From assembly GCA_963745035.1 (NCBI GenBank), contig CAVUVW010000019.1, positions 230,948 to 294,947 of the forward strand: a stretch of 64,000 nucleotides of DNA, read 5' to 3'. The notes beneath the pieces were generated by a model that was not told where the DNA came from, searched no databases, and saw nothing but the letters and a program-made list of their open reading frames with translations. The translations under genes and the position numbers were made by a program. Shown here piece after piece: positions 10,246 to 20,745 of this stretch. The DNA comes from an uncultured delta proteobacterium. GTDB taxonomy: Bacteria > Desulfobacterota > Binatia > UBA9968. The first letter of the stretch is position 1. Each line of letters opens with the position of its first letter.

Positions 10246-11038
10246 TTGAAACTTGCATCTTGCATGGCGGAAAACAGCGAAGGCTTCTGCCGCGCGGTCG
10301 CTAGTTTTATCGAAAATCGTATTCGGATTCCCACGCAGTATGTCACAGGCATCCCATGGCAGGAGCGCGAAAGCCTTTTTGATGGCGGCGAAATTCACAT
10401 CTTGTGGCTCTGCGGGCTGCCCTACGTGGAAAAGGCGGACATGGCTCAAAACAAATTGGAATTGCTCGCCGTGCCGACTCCGTGCGGAGAACGCTATCAA
10501 GACCGGCCCGTTTATTTTTCCGATGTTGTCGTTAGGCGTGATCGTCCATTTCAAACTTTCTTCGATCTCCGTGGCGCGTCCTGGGCCTACAACGAGCCGC
10601 GCTCCCATTCCGGATTCAATGCCGTGCGAGCCTATCTTGCCGGATTCGGTGAGCGCGATAACTTTTTCGGCGCGGTCGTCGAATCGGGCGCGCATCACGC
10701 GTCGCTCGAGATGGTCTTGTCCGGCCAAATCGATGGCGCAGCGATCGACAGCACGGTGCTCGAATGGCTCGTGACCGAGCGCGCCGGGCTCGGCGGAGGA
10801 AATTCGCGTGATCGACACTATCGGGCCGAGTCCGATGCCGCCCTGGGTGATATCACGCCAGGTTCCGGCAAAGTTGCGCGACGACATCCGCACTTTGCTG
10901 TTGGGCATGCACACGGAGCCGTTCGGCAGAGTTATGCTTGCTCGCGCGCGGCTTGACCGCTTTGTTGAGGCGGCGGACCGGGACTACGATCCGATTCGAG
11001 TCATGGCGCGGAAGGCTGAACAAGTTTCATTGGCGTAG
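10246..11038 (+). CDS. PhnD/SsuA-fold substrate-binding-like protein without obvious signal peptide (frameshift ~10795)
   Basis: WLCGLPYV, PVYFSDVVV, AYNEPRSHSG, SGAHHASLEMV..GQIDGAAIDSTV, GPSPMPPWV, DRDYDPIR. Confidence 0.8.
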
Positions 11039-11111
11039 CCATTCATGTTACAGCACGTATTTTCAGGCGCCGTGACAGCTCCGCAAATATTGACAAGGGG
11101 GATCATTGAGA

Positions 11112-11579
11112 ATGGCAAACTTGGAAGGGAAGAAGGCGCCGTCCTTTAGCCTCGATGGTAACGACGGCAAGACGCATGCGCTTGATGACTACAAAGGCAA
11201 GACCGTCGTGCTTTATTTTTATCCCAAGGACGACACGCCGGGCTGTACGAAAGAGGCGTGCGGTTTTCGGGAGCAAAGCTCGGCATTGAAAAAGTCCGAC
11301 GTGGTGGTGCTCGGAGTCAGTAAAGACAGCGTCGAGTCGCATAACCGGTTCGCCGGAAAATATAAGCTGCCGTTTACGCTTCTTTCGGATCCCAAAGCCG
11401 ACGTGATGAAGAAATACGGCGCGTTCGGCAAAAAAATGATGTATGGCAAGGAAGTGCAAGGAACCATCCGTTCGACCGTCGTGATCGGCCCCAAAGGCGA
11501 CGTCCTCAAACACTGGTCCACCGTAAAAAAGGCCGAGGCTCATCCGGACGAAGTGCTGGCGTTTTTGAAGGCCCGGTAA
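11112..11579 (+). CDS. bcp: Cys-containing BCP/PrxQ peroxiredoxin, paralog of 6976..7444
   Basis: [20 protein letters not shown] (TGT at 11244-11246); colinear with the Sec copy. Confidence 0.93.
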   Translation: MANLEGKKAPSFSLDGNDGKTHALDDYKGKTVVLYFYPKDDTPGCTKEACGFREQSSALKKSDVVVLGVSKDSVESHNRFAGKYKLPFTLLSDPKADVMKKYGAFGKKMMYGKEVQGTIRSTVVIGPKGDVLKHWSTVKKAEAHPDEVLAFLKAR

Positions 11580-11615
11580 TCGTTCGAACGCGATTCGTTT
11601 TGGCAGTTGGTTTGG

Positions 11616-11643
11616 TTGACAAAGAGTGACCAAGAGCTATATT
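11616..11643 (+). promoter_or_regulatory. Possible sigma70 promoter for the transglutaminase-like gene
   Basis: TTGACA-16 nt-TATATT, then GGAGG RBS before ATG 11686. Confidence 0.45.
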
Positions 11644-11685
11644 TGCCCTCATCGAAAATAGCTATTCGGTCAAGAGGGAGGTTCT

Positions 11686-12780
11686 ATGAACCGGCGGGAT
11701 TTCATCAAAGGTGGACTGACCGTGTCGGCGGGATTGGCTCTCGGCGGCATTCCGAAGTTCAGAGATCTGGCGTTCGCAAACGAAGCCAAATGGCGCACGT
11801 TTGAAGTAACGACCCGGCTCGAGGTGACGGATCCAGTTGGCGCGGTGCGCGCCTGGGTGCCGGTACCGCTCACTTCCAACACCGACTATTTCAAACGTGA
11901 ACCGGACAGTTGGACGGGCAATTATAAATCGGTGAAGGCGGTGCAGTATGATAAGTACGGCACCGGCATGGTTTTCTCCGAATGGGCGCCGGGCGAGAAG
12001 GCGCCCGTTGTTGAAGTCAAGAGCCGCTTCATGACGCGCGATCGCGCAGTGGATTTGAGCCGAAAACCGGCTGCGGCGCCGAGCGAAAATAAGGCGGTGC
12101 TCGACTACTTTAAGAAACCATCGAAGCTGATTAAAACCGACGGCATTGTTGCGACGACATCGAAGGGCATCGTGATGGGTTACAAAACCGATGTCGATAA
12201 AGCGCAGGCGATCTACGAGTGGATCGTCGATAACACCTTCCGCGATCCGAAGGTGAAGGGATGCGGTATCGGCGATATTTCGACGATGCTCCACACCGGT
12301 TATCTCGGCGGCAAGTGCGCCGACCTGAATGCCTTATACGTCGGACTGGCTCGCGCCGCCGGACTGCCGGCGCGGGACGTATACGGCGTGCGAGTGGCGG
12401 CCTCCGATGAATTTAAGAGTCTGGGCAAGGCTGACGACATCAGCGGTGCGCAACACTGCCGCGCCGAAGTCTGGCTCAACGGGTTCGGCTGGGTGCCGGT
12501 CGATCCCGCGGATGTGAGAAAGGTTGTGCTGGAGGAGAACCTGCCAGGAGCGCCGCTTCCGCTCGACGATCCGAAAGTGAAAAAAGCTCGCGGCAAACTG
12601 TTCGGCGCCTGGGAGATGAATTGGCTGCCGTACAATTACGCTCACGACATTAAGCTGCCGAACTCGAACGGGCCGGAGATCGGCTATTTCATGTACCCGC
12701 AATCCGAGACCGCTAACGGCCGGAAAGACAGTCTCGATCCGAAAAGCTTTAGTTACACAATCAAGTCAAAAGAAGTTTAG
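11686..12780 (+). CDS. Tat-exported transglutaminase-like (Cys-His-Asp) protein
   Basis: MNRRDFIK twin-arginine signal; GGKCADLNALYVGLARAAGLPARDVYG, QHCRAE, GWVPVDP. Confidence 0.88.
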   Translation: MNRRDFIKGGLTVSAGLALGGIPKFRDLAFANEAKWRTFEVTTRLEVTDPVGAVRAWVPVPLTSNTDYFKREPDSWTGNYKSVKAVQYDKYGTGMVFSEWAPGEKAPVVEVKSRFMTRDRAVDLSRKPAAAPSENKAVLDYFKKPSKLIKTDGIVATTSKGIVMGYKTDVDKAQAIYEWIVDNTFRDPKVKGCGIGDISTMLHTGYLGGKCADLNALYVGLARAAGLPARDVYGVRVAASDEFKSLGKADDISGAQHCRAEVWLNGFGWVPVDPADVRKVVLEENLPGAPLPLDDPKVKKARGKLFGAWEMNWLPYNYAHDIKLPNSNGPEIGYFMYPQSETANGRKDSLDPKSFSYTIKSKEV

Positions 12781-12808
12781 AGCAAGAACTTAACAGCTTG
12801 TGTTTACG

Positions 12809-12841
12809 AGGCCTCCACATTTTGTGGGGGCCTCGCTGTTT
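12809..12841 (+). terminator. Hairpin after transglutaminase-like gene
   Basis: gaggcctccaca-ttt-tgtgggggcctc followed by gctgttt. Confidence 0.5.
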
Positions 12842-13114
12842 GTGGGGCAAGGGAATAGAATCATGAGTGTGCACAAACCCCTTGGGATTCTTGCAGAAGG
12901 CGAGTCTTTTCAAGCGTATTTGTTCCACTGTAGATGCCTGACATCGCGGCATCGGTTCAAAGATACTGGCGTACATACCGTCTTCGAACGTTAGCGACGA
13001 AGAATGCCGCTTTTGCATTTAACCCCTCTTTGAAAAGGAGGGGTTAGAGGACATTTGCGAAAGGAGCGGCGCGGGAAACTACGCGGCGAATTTCTGCACT
13101 GCAAATCACGGCGC

Positions 13115-13974
13115 TTATCTTGCCAGCGCCTCTTGAATCGCGCGCGCTAGATAAACCTCGGTCAAATGCTTGCGGTACTCCGCGGAGCCATTGATGTCTT
13201 CGATGACCTCGATGTTGCGCGTGGACTCCGCGACCGCGTCTTCGATGGTTTTGGCGTCGAGTTTTTTGCCCGTCAGCATCTGTTCGACTCGATCGGCGCG
13301 ATAGGCTTTGTCGGTGACTCCGGTGATGCCGATGGCGGCGCGGCTGCAGTCGCCGGACGCATCCAAGCCAATTCTCACTGCTGCGCCGACAACAGCAAAT
13401 CCGGATGAGCGCGGCGCGGCCTTCAAGTAGGCGGTCTTGTCATTTCCGGTCACCGGTACTTTGATCGCAGTGACGAGCTCGTCGGGCTCGAGCACGCTCA
13501 TCAAAAGCCCGAGAAAAAAATCGTCGCACTTCACCCAGCGCTCGCCGTTGGGCCCGAAGCATTTAATCTCGGCATCCAGCGCCAGGATCGCGGCCGGCCA
13601 GTCGCCCGCCGGATCGGCGTGGGCGATGCTGCCGCCGATGGTGCCGCGATTGCGCACCTGCACGTCGGCGATGGTGGTCGCCGTCTGCGGCAGCAGGGGA
13701 CATTTCTTTTGCAGCAGGTCTGAGGATTCGATTTGCGCGTGGGTGACCAGCGCGCCAATGATTAGATGTTGCCGTTTTCTTCGCTGATCGTGTCCAACCC
13801 GGGAACGCGGCCTATATCTACGATAAAGCCGGGCTTCGATAGACGCATCTTCATGAGGGGCAGCAAGCTTTGGCCGCCGGAGAGAACTTTGACGTCATCT
13901 CTGTGCGCGGCGAGATATTCGACCGCGTCGTCAAGCGAGCGCGGCGCGTAATACTCGAAAGAACCGGGAATCAT
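13115..13974 (-). CDS. Xanthine dehydrogenase/CoxM-family FAD subunit (frameshift ~13760)
   Basis: MIPGSFEYYAP, SGGQSLLPLMKMRL, QVRNRGTIGGSIAHADPAGD. Confidence 0.9.
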
Positions 13975-13976
13975 TT

Positions 13977-16413
13977 TTAGTAAGACCTCCGCTCGGTCTC
14001 GGGATTATTATTCGCCAAACGCCATACCGCTTCGGGCGTCAGTGGAAGGTCGCAGACTTTGACGCCGAAGGGTTGCAGCGCATCTTCGACCGCGCTGGCG
14101 ATGGCAGCGGGCGAGGGGATAGCGGCGCCTTCGCCGGCGGCTTTTTGGCCGAGCACCGTATAGGGCGAGGGCGAAGGTTGATGTACCACTTCGACGCGCG
14201 GCGTTTCTGCCGTCGAGCATTTGCCGTAATCGAGATACGTGATCGTCAGGGGCTGTCCTTCGGCGCTGTACATGAAGCCCTCGCCTAAGGCGATCGCGAT
14301 GCCGTGCGCGGCGGAGCCATAGACTTGGCCGTTGACTACATCCGGGTTGATCACGGTGCCGTTATCGCCGACGATGAGATAGCGTAGGACATGGACTATC
14401 CCGGTGGCCTTGTCGACTTCGACGACGGCGGCGTGGGCGCCGGCGGAAAAGGTAAACTGCGCCCGCACTAACCGATCGGGGCCTGGAACGATATTCGGTT
14501 TGGCGTGGGGAAACATGTAGTAGAACGTCGACTCCAGTCCCGCTTCCATGTCGTCGGGGATGAGATGCTGATTGTTGTAAGCGATGCGGCCCAGTTCGGC
14601 GAAGGTGATCTGCTTTGCCGTCGCGCCGGGCACCTTTACGACGCTGTCTTCGATGGTTAACGTCGGACGGCTCAACTTTGAGATTGAAGGCTGCGAGCTT
14701 GAGAATTTTTTCGCGCAGCCGGGTGGCGGCGCCGTGGATGGCGCCGATGTCGTAGAGATGAAAATTATTGCCGCTGTTCGCCGCGGCGACGCCCCACGCT
14801 GACAAGTCGCTATCGAAAGGAATGCTGGTGCTAATCTTGTCCGGCGTCGAGCCGAGAATCTCCGCCGCCACTTGAGCCGTCGTCGTCTCGTGAGCTTGGC
14901 CGCAATTGGGCGATCCGAGATGAAGCGACAGGCTGCCGTTCTTTTCCAGCTTGATCTTTGCGCCGTTGACGCCGCCGGAGCCGGGCGGTTCTTTCATCTC
15001 CGGGAAGATCGCCATGTCGCGCGCCGCGTTGCGCCCGCCGGGCTCGACGCCGATGACGATACCGATGCCCATGAGCTTGCCGTTGGCGCGCGCCTGCTTT
15101 TGCTCTTCGCGCACTTTGTCGTAGTCGATTTTCTCCAGCAGCGTCGACAGCAACCGAGGATAGTCGCCGCTATCGTAAACGTTGCCGCTGATCGTGCGGT
15201 AGGGCATTTCGCTTGGCTGAATCAGATTTTTGCGCCGCACCTCGATAGCGCTCAGCTTCAACTCCTGAGCGACCCGGTCCATCATGCGCTCCCAGATGTA
15301 GCACATGCCTGGCTTGCCGATGCCGCGGTTCGGGATGACCGGGCATTTATTCGTCACCACCGCATTGCCGATCATATGGATAGCCGGCGTGCGATAAGTA
15401 TTCGAAAGATTGTTGAGCTTGTTGGTGAAGTGGATCGTCAAGGTGCTGATCGAGCCGCCGACGTCGTCGTATTCATTGAAGCGCAGGCCGAGGACAGTGC
15501 CGTCGTTTTTGACCGCCGCCTCGCATTCGAACTCCTGGGCGCAGGCGTGTCCGCCGGCCATCATGTGTTCGCTCCGGTCCTCGATCCATTTGACCGGCCG
15601 CCCGCTCTTCATCGCCAGCAAGGAAACCAGCACGACGTATTTGCGAATGAGATGAATCTTCTGGCCGAAGCCGCCGCCGACGTCGGGAATGATCACGCGG
15701 ATATCCTGCAGGCCGAGCGCTTCGCGCAGGCCGTCATAAATCACTTCGGGTACCTGCGCGGTCACCCAAACGGTCAAGCGTTTGCTCGCTGCGTCGTAGG
15801 AAGCGATGACAACGAAGGGCTCGAGCGGCGTCGAGCTGTAGCGGTGAATCTTGAGATTTTCTTTGACGACCCGGTCGGCGGATTTGAACGCTGCGTCGAT
15901 GTCGCCGTATTGCAGCGAGCCGGTCCACGCCAGGTTCGTGCCCAATTCGTCGAATAGCGTCGCCGATGACGGTTTGATCGCTTCGCGAACGTCGACGACT
16001 GCGCGCAGCGGTTCGTAGTCGACTTGAATCAATTCGAGTGCGTCTTCGGCGGTACCCCGGTCGCGCGCAGCAACCGCGCCGATGGGCTCGCCGACGTAGC
16101 GCACTTTCTCAATGGCGCCGGCGTACTCATCGATGGGCCGCTTCAAGCCGGCGGCATAGCGGCCGGGCTTGAACGGTTTGGTGAGCTGCTTGACGTCGGT
16201 CGGCGTGATCACCGCCATGACGTTCGGATTCTTGAGCGCCTCGGAAGGATCGACCGCGTTGATCTTCGCGTGCGCGTGCGGGCTCCGCACGATCATCGCC
16301 TGAAGCATGCCCTGGCAAGGGTGAAGTCGTCGGTGTAAAGACCGCGGCCGGTGACGTGACGCGGACCTTCCTTGCTGCGGACTGCGCGCGCCGATGAATT
16401 TTTTCTCAGCCAT
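13977..16413 (-). CDS. Molybdopterin-binding large subunit (CoxL-like, not a canonical CO dehydrogenase); frameshifts ~16330-16380 and ~14670
   Basis: RSPHAHA, DVGGGFGQK, active-site loop PNRGIGKP (not AYRCSFR/AYRGAGR), GQAHET, KAAGEG. Confidence 0.88.
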
Positions 16414-16430
16414 AAATGATACCTTACGAA

Positions 16431-16578
16431 GAAATTCGAAATTCGAATATCGAAATCCGAAACAAAAGAAAGAAATCAAAACCAAATTACAAATCATTCG
16501 AAAACGGTGCCAGTTTGGAACTTTTGAAATTTCTTGAGCATTCGAATTTGTTTCGGATTTCGAATTTCGAGCTTCGGT
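16431..16578. repeat. Inverted pair of heptamer tandem arrays (AAATTCG / CGAATTT)
   Basis: aaattcgaaattcgaatatcgaaatccgaaac ... gtttcggatttcgaatttcgagcttcg. Confidence 0.75.
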
Positions 16579-17059
16579 TCTTATCTTCCGCGGCTTTTTG
16601 CTTCTCCGCCGCTTCTTTCACCGCTTCAACGATCTGCACATAGCCCGTGCACATGCAGAGATTGCCGGCGAGCGCCTTGCGGATTTCCGGCTCGGACGGA
16701 TCGGGATTGTTTGCAAGCAGCGCGTGACTGGTCATCACCATGCCCGGCGTGCAGTAGCCGCATTGAAACGCGTAGTTCTTGACGAACGCTTGCTGAATCG
16801 GGCTTAGCTCGCCGTCCTTGGCGAGGCCCTCAATCGTAGTGATTTCGCGGCCGTCCGCCTGCACGGCGAAATGAAGACACGACTTCACGACTTTGCCGTC
16901 GAGGAGCACGGAGCAGGCGCCGCACTCGCCGACGACGCAGCCGACGTGGGTACCGGTAAGCCCGATGGCTTCGCGCAGAAAATGCGCGAGCAGAATGCGC
17001 GGCTCGACGTCTTCTTGATAGAGCCGGCCGTTGATGGTGACCTGGATCGTTTGTTTCAT
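16487..17059 (-). CDS. CoxS-like 2x[2Fe-2S] small subunit
   Basis: GCVVGECGAC, QCGYCTPG, GNLCMCTGY; C-terminus runs into the heptamer repeat. Confidence 0.92.
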   Translation of the reverse strand: MKQTIQVTINGRLYQEDVEPRILLAHFLREAIGLTGTHVGCVVGECGACSVLLDGKVVKSCLHFAVQADGREITTIEGLAKDGELSPIQQAFVKNYAFQCGYCTPGMVMTSHALLANNPDPSEPEIRKALAGNLCMCTGYVQIVEAVKEAAEKQKAAEDKNRSSKFEIRNKFECSRNFKSSKLAPFSNDL

Positions 17060-17332
17060 GAAAAGCAACCATAACGGTTGCATGAAAATGGGTCAAGCAA
17101 GTGCGCCCGGTCAGGGCTGACGGATCATTTTGGTGCTTTGATGAGTGAAGCCGTTCGACTACAAACCGTTTGAACTATTTGAACGCGTAAATCGGCTTCG
17201 CGCGCCTCTCGATTTTGGAAAATATGCAATTCGTGAAAGAAATGCGAAAAACCATGTAGTATACTCATGCTAGTTGGAGTGGAGAGGGTTAAAAATGTTT
17301 CAATCCGATTGTTGAAAGTCGGGAGAATCGCA

Positions 17333-18697
17333 ATGACGAAGATCTCTGCTAACGTGCTCGAAGCCGTCGGTAACACTCCGGTCGTCCGTCTAAACCATAT
17401 TGCCGCCGGAATTTCCGCGACGGTTTGTGTCAAACTCGAGGCGTCCAATCCGGGAAGGAGCGTTAAGGATAGAATCGCGCTCGCGGTGGTTGAGGATGCG
17501 GAGAGGAAGGGATTACTCAAGCCGGGAGGCACGATCGTTGAGCCTACTTCGGGGAACATGGGCGTCGCGCTGGCGATTGTCGCTGCAGTGAAGGGTTACA
17601 AGTGTATCTTTACGATTCCGGACAAAATGAGCATCGAAAAAATTCGCCGGTTGCGGGCTTTCGGCGCAGAGGTGGTCGTGACTCCCACGGCGGTGCCGCC
17701 GGAATCCTCCCAGTCCTACTATTCGGTTGCCAAACGTCTCGCCGACGAGATCCCGGGTGCCTATATGCCCATGCAGTACGATAATCTCGCGAACCGGGAG
17801 GCTCATTACGCCTCCACGGGTCCGGAGATTTGGGATCAGACCGACGGCAAGATCACACACTTTGTCGCCGGGATTGGCACCGCAGGGACAATCTCGGGAA
17901 CTGCCAAATACCTGAAAGAAAAAAATCCGCAGTGCACGGTTATCGGAGTCGATCCCGAGGGATCGATCCTCGCGAAGGCTTTCAAGCGCGAGAAATGGTC
18001 ATGGAGCGACTCACATCCTTACAAAGTCGAAGGGATTGGCGAGGACTTTGTGCCGAAGAACCTGCTCATCGAATACATCGACGACGTGGTAACGGTTTCC
18101 GACCGCGACTCGTTTCTGATGGGCAGGCGGCTTACGCGGGAGGAGGGCCTCTTCTGTGGCGGATCTTCCGGTTCGGCCGTTGCGGGCGCGCTTGAATACG
18201 CCCGGGAGCGGCAGCTCGGCAAGGACAACCTCGTCGTCGTCTTACTTCCCGACGCGGGCGAAATTTATCTTTCGAAGATGTACTCCGATGAATGGATGAG
18301 GCAAAACCAGTTTCTTGGAAAAAGCGCCCGGGTGGGCGACATTCTCCAATCGAAGCGGCGGAAACTCCCCGAGCTTCTGTCGGTCGAGACAACAGCCGTC
18401 GTGCGCGATGCGATCACAACCATGAACCGATTCGGTGTCTCGCAACTCCCGGTGTTCGATAAGGGGAATCTTATCGGGTCGCTATGCGAGAGCGTACTCT
18501 TTCAGAGATCTATGGAGAGTCCCGAGGTGATGGATCTTACCGTTGGAGCTCTGCTCGAGCCGCCGTTTCCCACGATCGGGCCGGACGAAGACGTCTATGA
18601 GGTCGTGCAGCTCCTCAAGTCTTCCCCCGCTGTTCTCGTCCGCGACGCGGAGAAGTACCAGGGAATCGTGACACGGTTCGACGTCGTCGGTCACTAG
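17333..18697 (+). CDS. Cystathionine beta-synthase (PLP domain + CBS pair)
   Basis: GNTPVV, SNPGRSVKDR PLP lysine, EPTSGN, GIGTAGT, YKVEGIGEDF, C-terminal CBS domains. Confidence 0.9.
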   Translation: MTKISANVLEAVGNTPVVRLNHIAAGISATVCVKLEASNPGRSVKDRIALAVVEDAERKGLLKPGGTIVEPTSGNMGVALAIVAAVKGYKCIFTIPDKMSIEKIRRLRAFGAEVVVTPTAVPPESSQSYYSVAKRLADEIPGAYMPMQYDNLANREAHYASTGPEIWDQTDGKITHFVAGIGTAGTISGTAKYLKEKNPQCTVIGVDPEGSILAKAFKREKWSWSDSHPYKVEGIGEDFVPKNLLIEYIDDVVTVSDRDSFLMGRRLTREEGLFCGGSSGSAVAGALEYARERQLGKDNLVVVLLPDAGEIYLSKMYSDEWMRQNQFLGKSARVGDILQSKRRKLPELLSVETTAVVRDAITTMNRFGVSQLPVFDKGNLIGSLCESVLFQRSMESPEVMDLTVGALLEPPFPTIGPDEDVYEVVQLLKSSPAVLVRDAEKYQGIVTRFDVVGH

Positions 18698-18710
18698 GTG
18701 GACAGTCCTG

Positions 18711-19878
18711 ATGGCACGGAAAAACGGGCGACGAGTCCAGGCAATTTGCCACGCGCGCGATTCACGCCGGACAAGAACCCGAGCCCGCAACCGGAGCGAT
18801 CACCGTTCCGATCTATCAGACCAGCACTTTCGCGCAGAGCGCGCCCGGCATCCATAAAGGGTACGACTACTCGAGGACCGACAATCCGACGCGCAGCGCG
18901 CTCCAGACGGCGCTCGCGAGCTTGGAGTCGGCCGAATTCTGCCTCGCCTTCTCCTCCGGTATGGGCGCCGCGACTACCGCGATGCTCCTGCTCAAAAGGG
19001 GCGATCACGTGGTCTCCTCGCGCGACGTTTACGGCGGCACCTACCGGCTCTTCAGGGCGATACTGGAAAACTTCGGGCTCACGTTTTCCTTCGTCGAAAC
19101 TTCCAACGTCAGAGAAATCGAGCGCGCCATGACTCGGCGCACCCGCCTTGTCTGGATCGAGTCGCCGACTAACCCGCTGCTCCGGATCACCGACATCAAG
19201 ACGGCGGCGAAAATTGCCCACCGCCACGGCGCGCTCTGTCTCGTCGATAACACCTTCGCGTCGCCGGTCTTCCAGCGGCCGCTCGAGCTCGGCGCCGATC
19301 TCGTCCTTCACTCGACGACAAAGTACCTGGCGGGGCACGCAGACGTAGTCGGGGGAGCCATCTGTCTCAATGAATCCTCACTCTATAAGCGGCTCAAGTT
19401 CCTGCAAAATGCCGCCGGCGCGACGCCTTCTCCCTTCGATTGCTTTCTTACGCTGCGAGGAATCAAGACTTTGGCATTGCGCATGCGGGAGCATGAAAAG
19501 AACGCGACGCAGATCGCGCAGTTCCTGCAGGACCACGCGCGCGTGCGACGGGTCTACTATCCCGGGCTCGACAATCACCCGGGCCATGATGTCGCGGCCG
19601 CCCAAATGGGCGGCTTCAGCGGGATCGTTTCGTTCGAGGTGAAAGGAGGGCTCGCGGAAGCGCGCCGCGTTCTAGCGCGTCTGCGCCTCTTCAAAATCGC
19701 CGAGAGTCTCGGCGGCGTCGAGTCGCTCGTCGAGTTGCCCGCCGTCATGACCCACGCCTCGATTCCCAAACAAGAGCGCAAGAAGGCGGGACTCGATGAC
19801 GGACTGATCCGTTTGTCAGTGGGAATCGAGGGTTTGCAGGATCTTCTTGAGGATCTGAAGCGAGGACTGGGCCGGTAA
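18711..19878 (+). CDS. Cystathionine gamma-lyase/synthase (frameshift right after start)
   Basis: QFATRAIHAGQEP..TGA..PIYQTSTF..YDYSRTDNPTR, ESPTNP, DNTFASP, HSTTKYLAGH, AESLGGVESL. Confidence 0.9.
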
Positions 19879-19879
19879 C
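19718..19879 (+). repeat. Direct repeat copy 1 (3' end of gamma-lyase gene)
   Basis: ~160 bp nearly identical to 20746..20906. Confidence 0.93.
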
Positions 19880-19953
19880 TCGGTTTCCCGCTCAATAACC
19901 CACGCCAGTTCGTACCTCATCAACTTCGGAACCAGCAGCCCATGCCACGGAAT

Positions 19954-20001
19954 TTGACGTCCCGAGAGAAGGAGCATACACTATGTAGTGATATCACTAC
20001 A
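19954..20001 (+). promoter_or_regulatory. TA promoter and operator
   Basis: TTGACG-17-TACACT (19954-19982) followed by perfect 18-bp palindrome TGTAGTGATATCACTACA (19984-20001). Confidence 0.75.
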
Positions 20002-20017
20002 AATTAGGGAGATCGAT

Positions 20018-20302
20018 ATGCGTATGGGATTGAGAGAAGCTAACCAGAGTTTCTCTAAGGCGATGAAAGCGGTGAGGCAGGGCAAGGAGGTGGTGTTGAC
20101 CGAGCGGGGAAAGCCGATCGCGGTCATCAAGCCGCTTGAAACCAAGGAAGATCAAGAAGCGATCATTCGCCGTCTGGAGGCGGAGGGACTGCTGCGTCCG
20201 GCTCTGAAGCGAGGACCCATGCCAAAGCCAACCTGGAAGGCAATTCGTGTCAAAGGCAAACCCATGTCGCAGACGATCAGCGAGGAGCGTAACGAGCGGT
20301 GA
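20018..20302 (+). CDS. Phd/YefM-family antitoxin
   Basis: MRMGLREANQSFSKAMKAVRQGKEVVLTERGKPIAVIKP; GGGAG RBS; GTGA overlap with toxin. Confidence 0.9.
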   Translation: MRMGLREANQSFSKAMKAVRQGKEVVLTERGKPIAVIKPLETKEDQEAIIRRLEAEGLLRPALKRGPMPKPTWKAIRVKGKPMSQTISEERNER

Positions 20303-20733
20303 CGTTCGCCTATTTCGACACTAGCGCTTTAATCAAGCGATACGTAAGGGAGCCGGGATCTGCTCGGGTTGTGTCCTTGTTGCGTCGGCACGACTTACTG
20401 TCTTCGGCGATCACCCCCGTCGAAATCATGTCCGCCTTGGGAAGACGTCGACGCGATAGAGAGCTGTCCGAGGAAGCCTTTGTTGTGACACTGAGCAGAA
20501 TTCGGAGTGAACGCAGCCGCTGGGAATTGGTCGAGGTGGGCGAGACGGTCTTGAGTCAGGCCGAAGAGATTGTTCAGGGGACGGTGCCGATGAGAACTTT
20601 GGATGCGATTCATGTCGCGTCGTTGATTGCATGTCAAACCGCCGCGGGTCTCCGCATCCCATTCGTAACCGGCGATGGTCGCCAGCGAGACGTGGGGTTA
20701 CTTCTCGGCCTAGAGATCATTTGGATTGGGTAG
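20299..20733 (+). CDS. vapC: PIN-domain (VapC-like) toxin
   Basis: YFDTSALIKRY..EPGS, VEIMSAL, RTLDAIHVASL, FVTGD. Confidence 0.9.
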   Translation: MTFAYFDTSALIKRYVREPGSARVVSLLRRHDLLSSAITPVEIMSALGRRRRDRELSEEAFVVTLSRIRSERSRWELVEVGETVLSQAEEIVQGTVPMRTLDAIHVASLIACQTAAGLRIPFVTGDGRQRDVGLLLGLEIIWIG

Positions 20734-20745
20734 CAGGCTGTGACA

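Noticed and set aside
12840-13100. Short ORFs between the transglutaminase-like gene and coxM
   Set aside because: No RBS or recognisable motif; probably a remnant plus a degenerate palindrome
13977-16413. Aerobic CO dehydrogenase
   Set aside because: Lacks the AYRCSFR copper-binding loop and cox accessory genes
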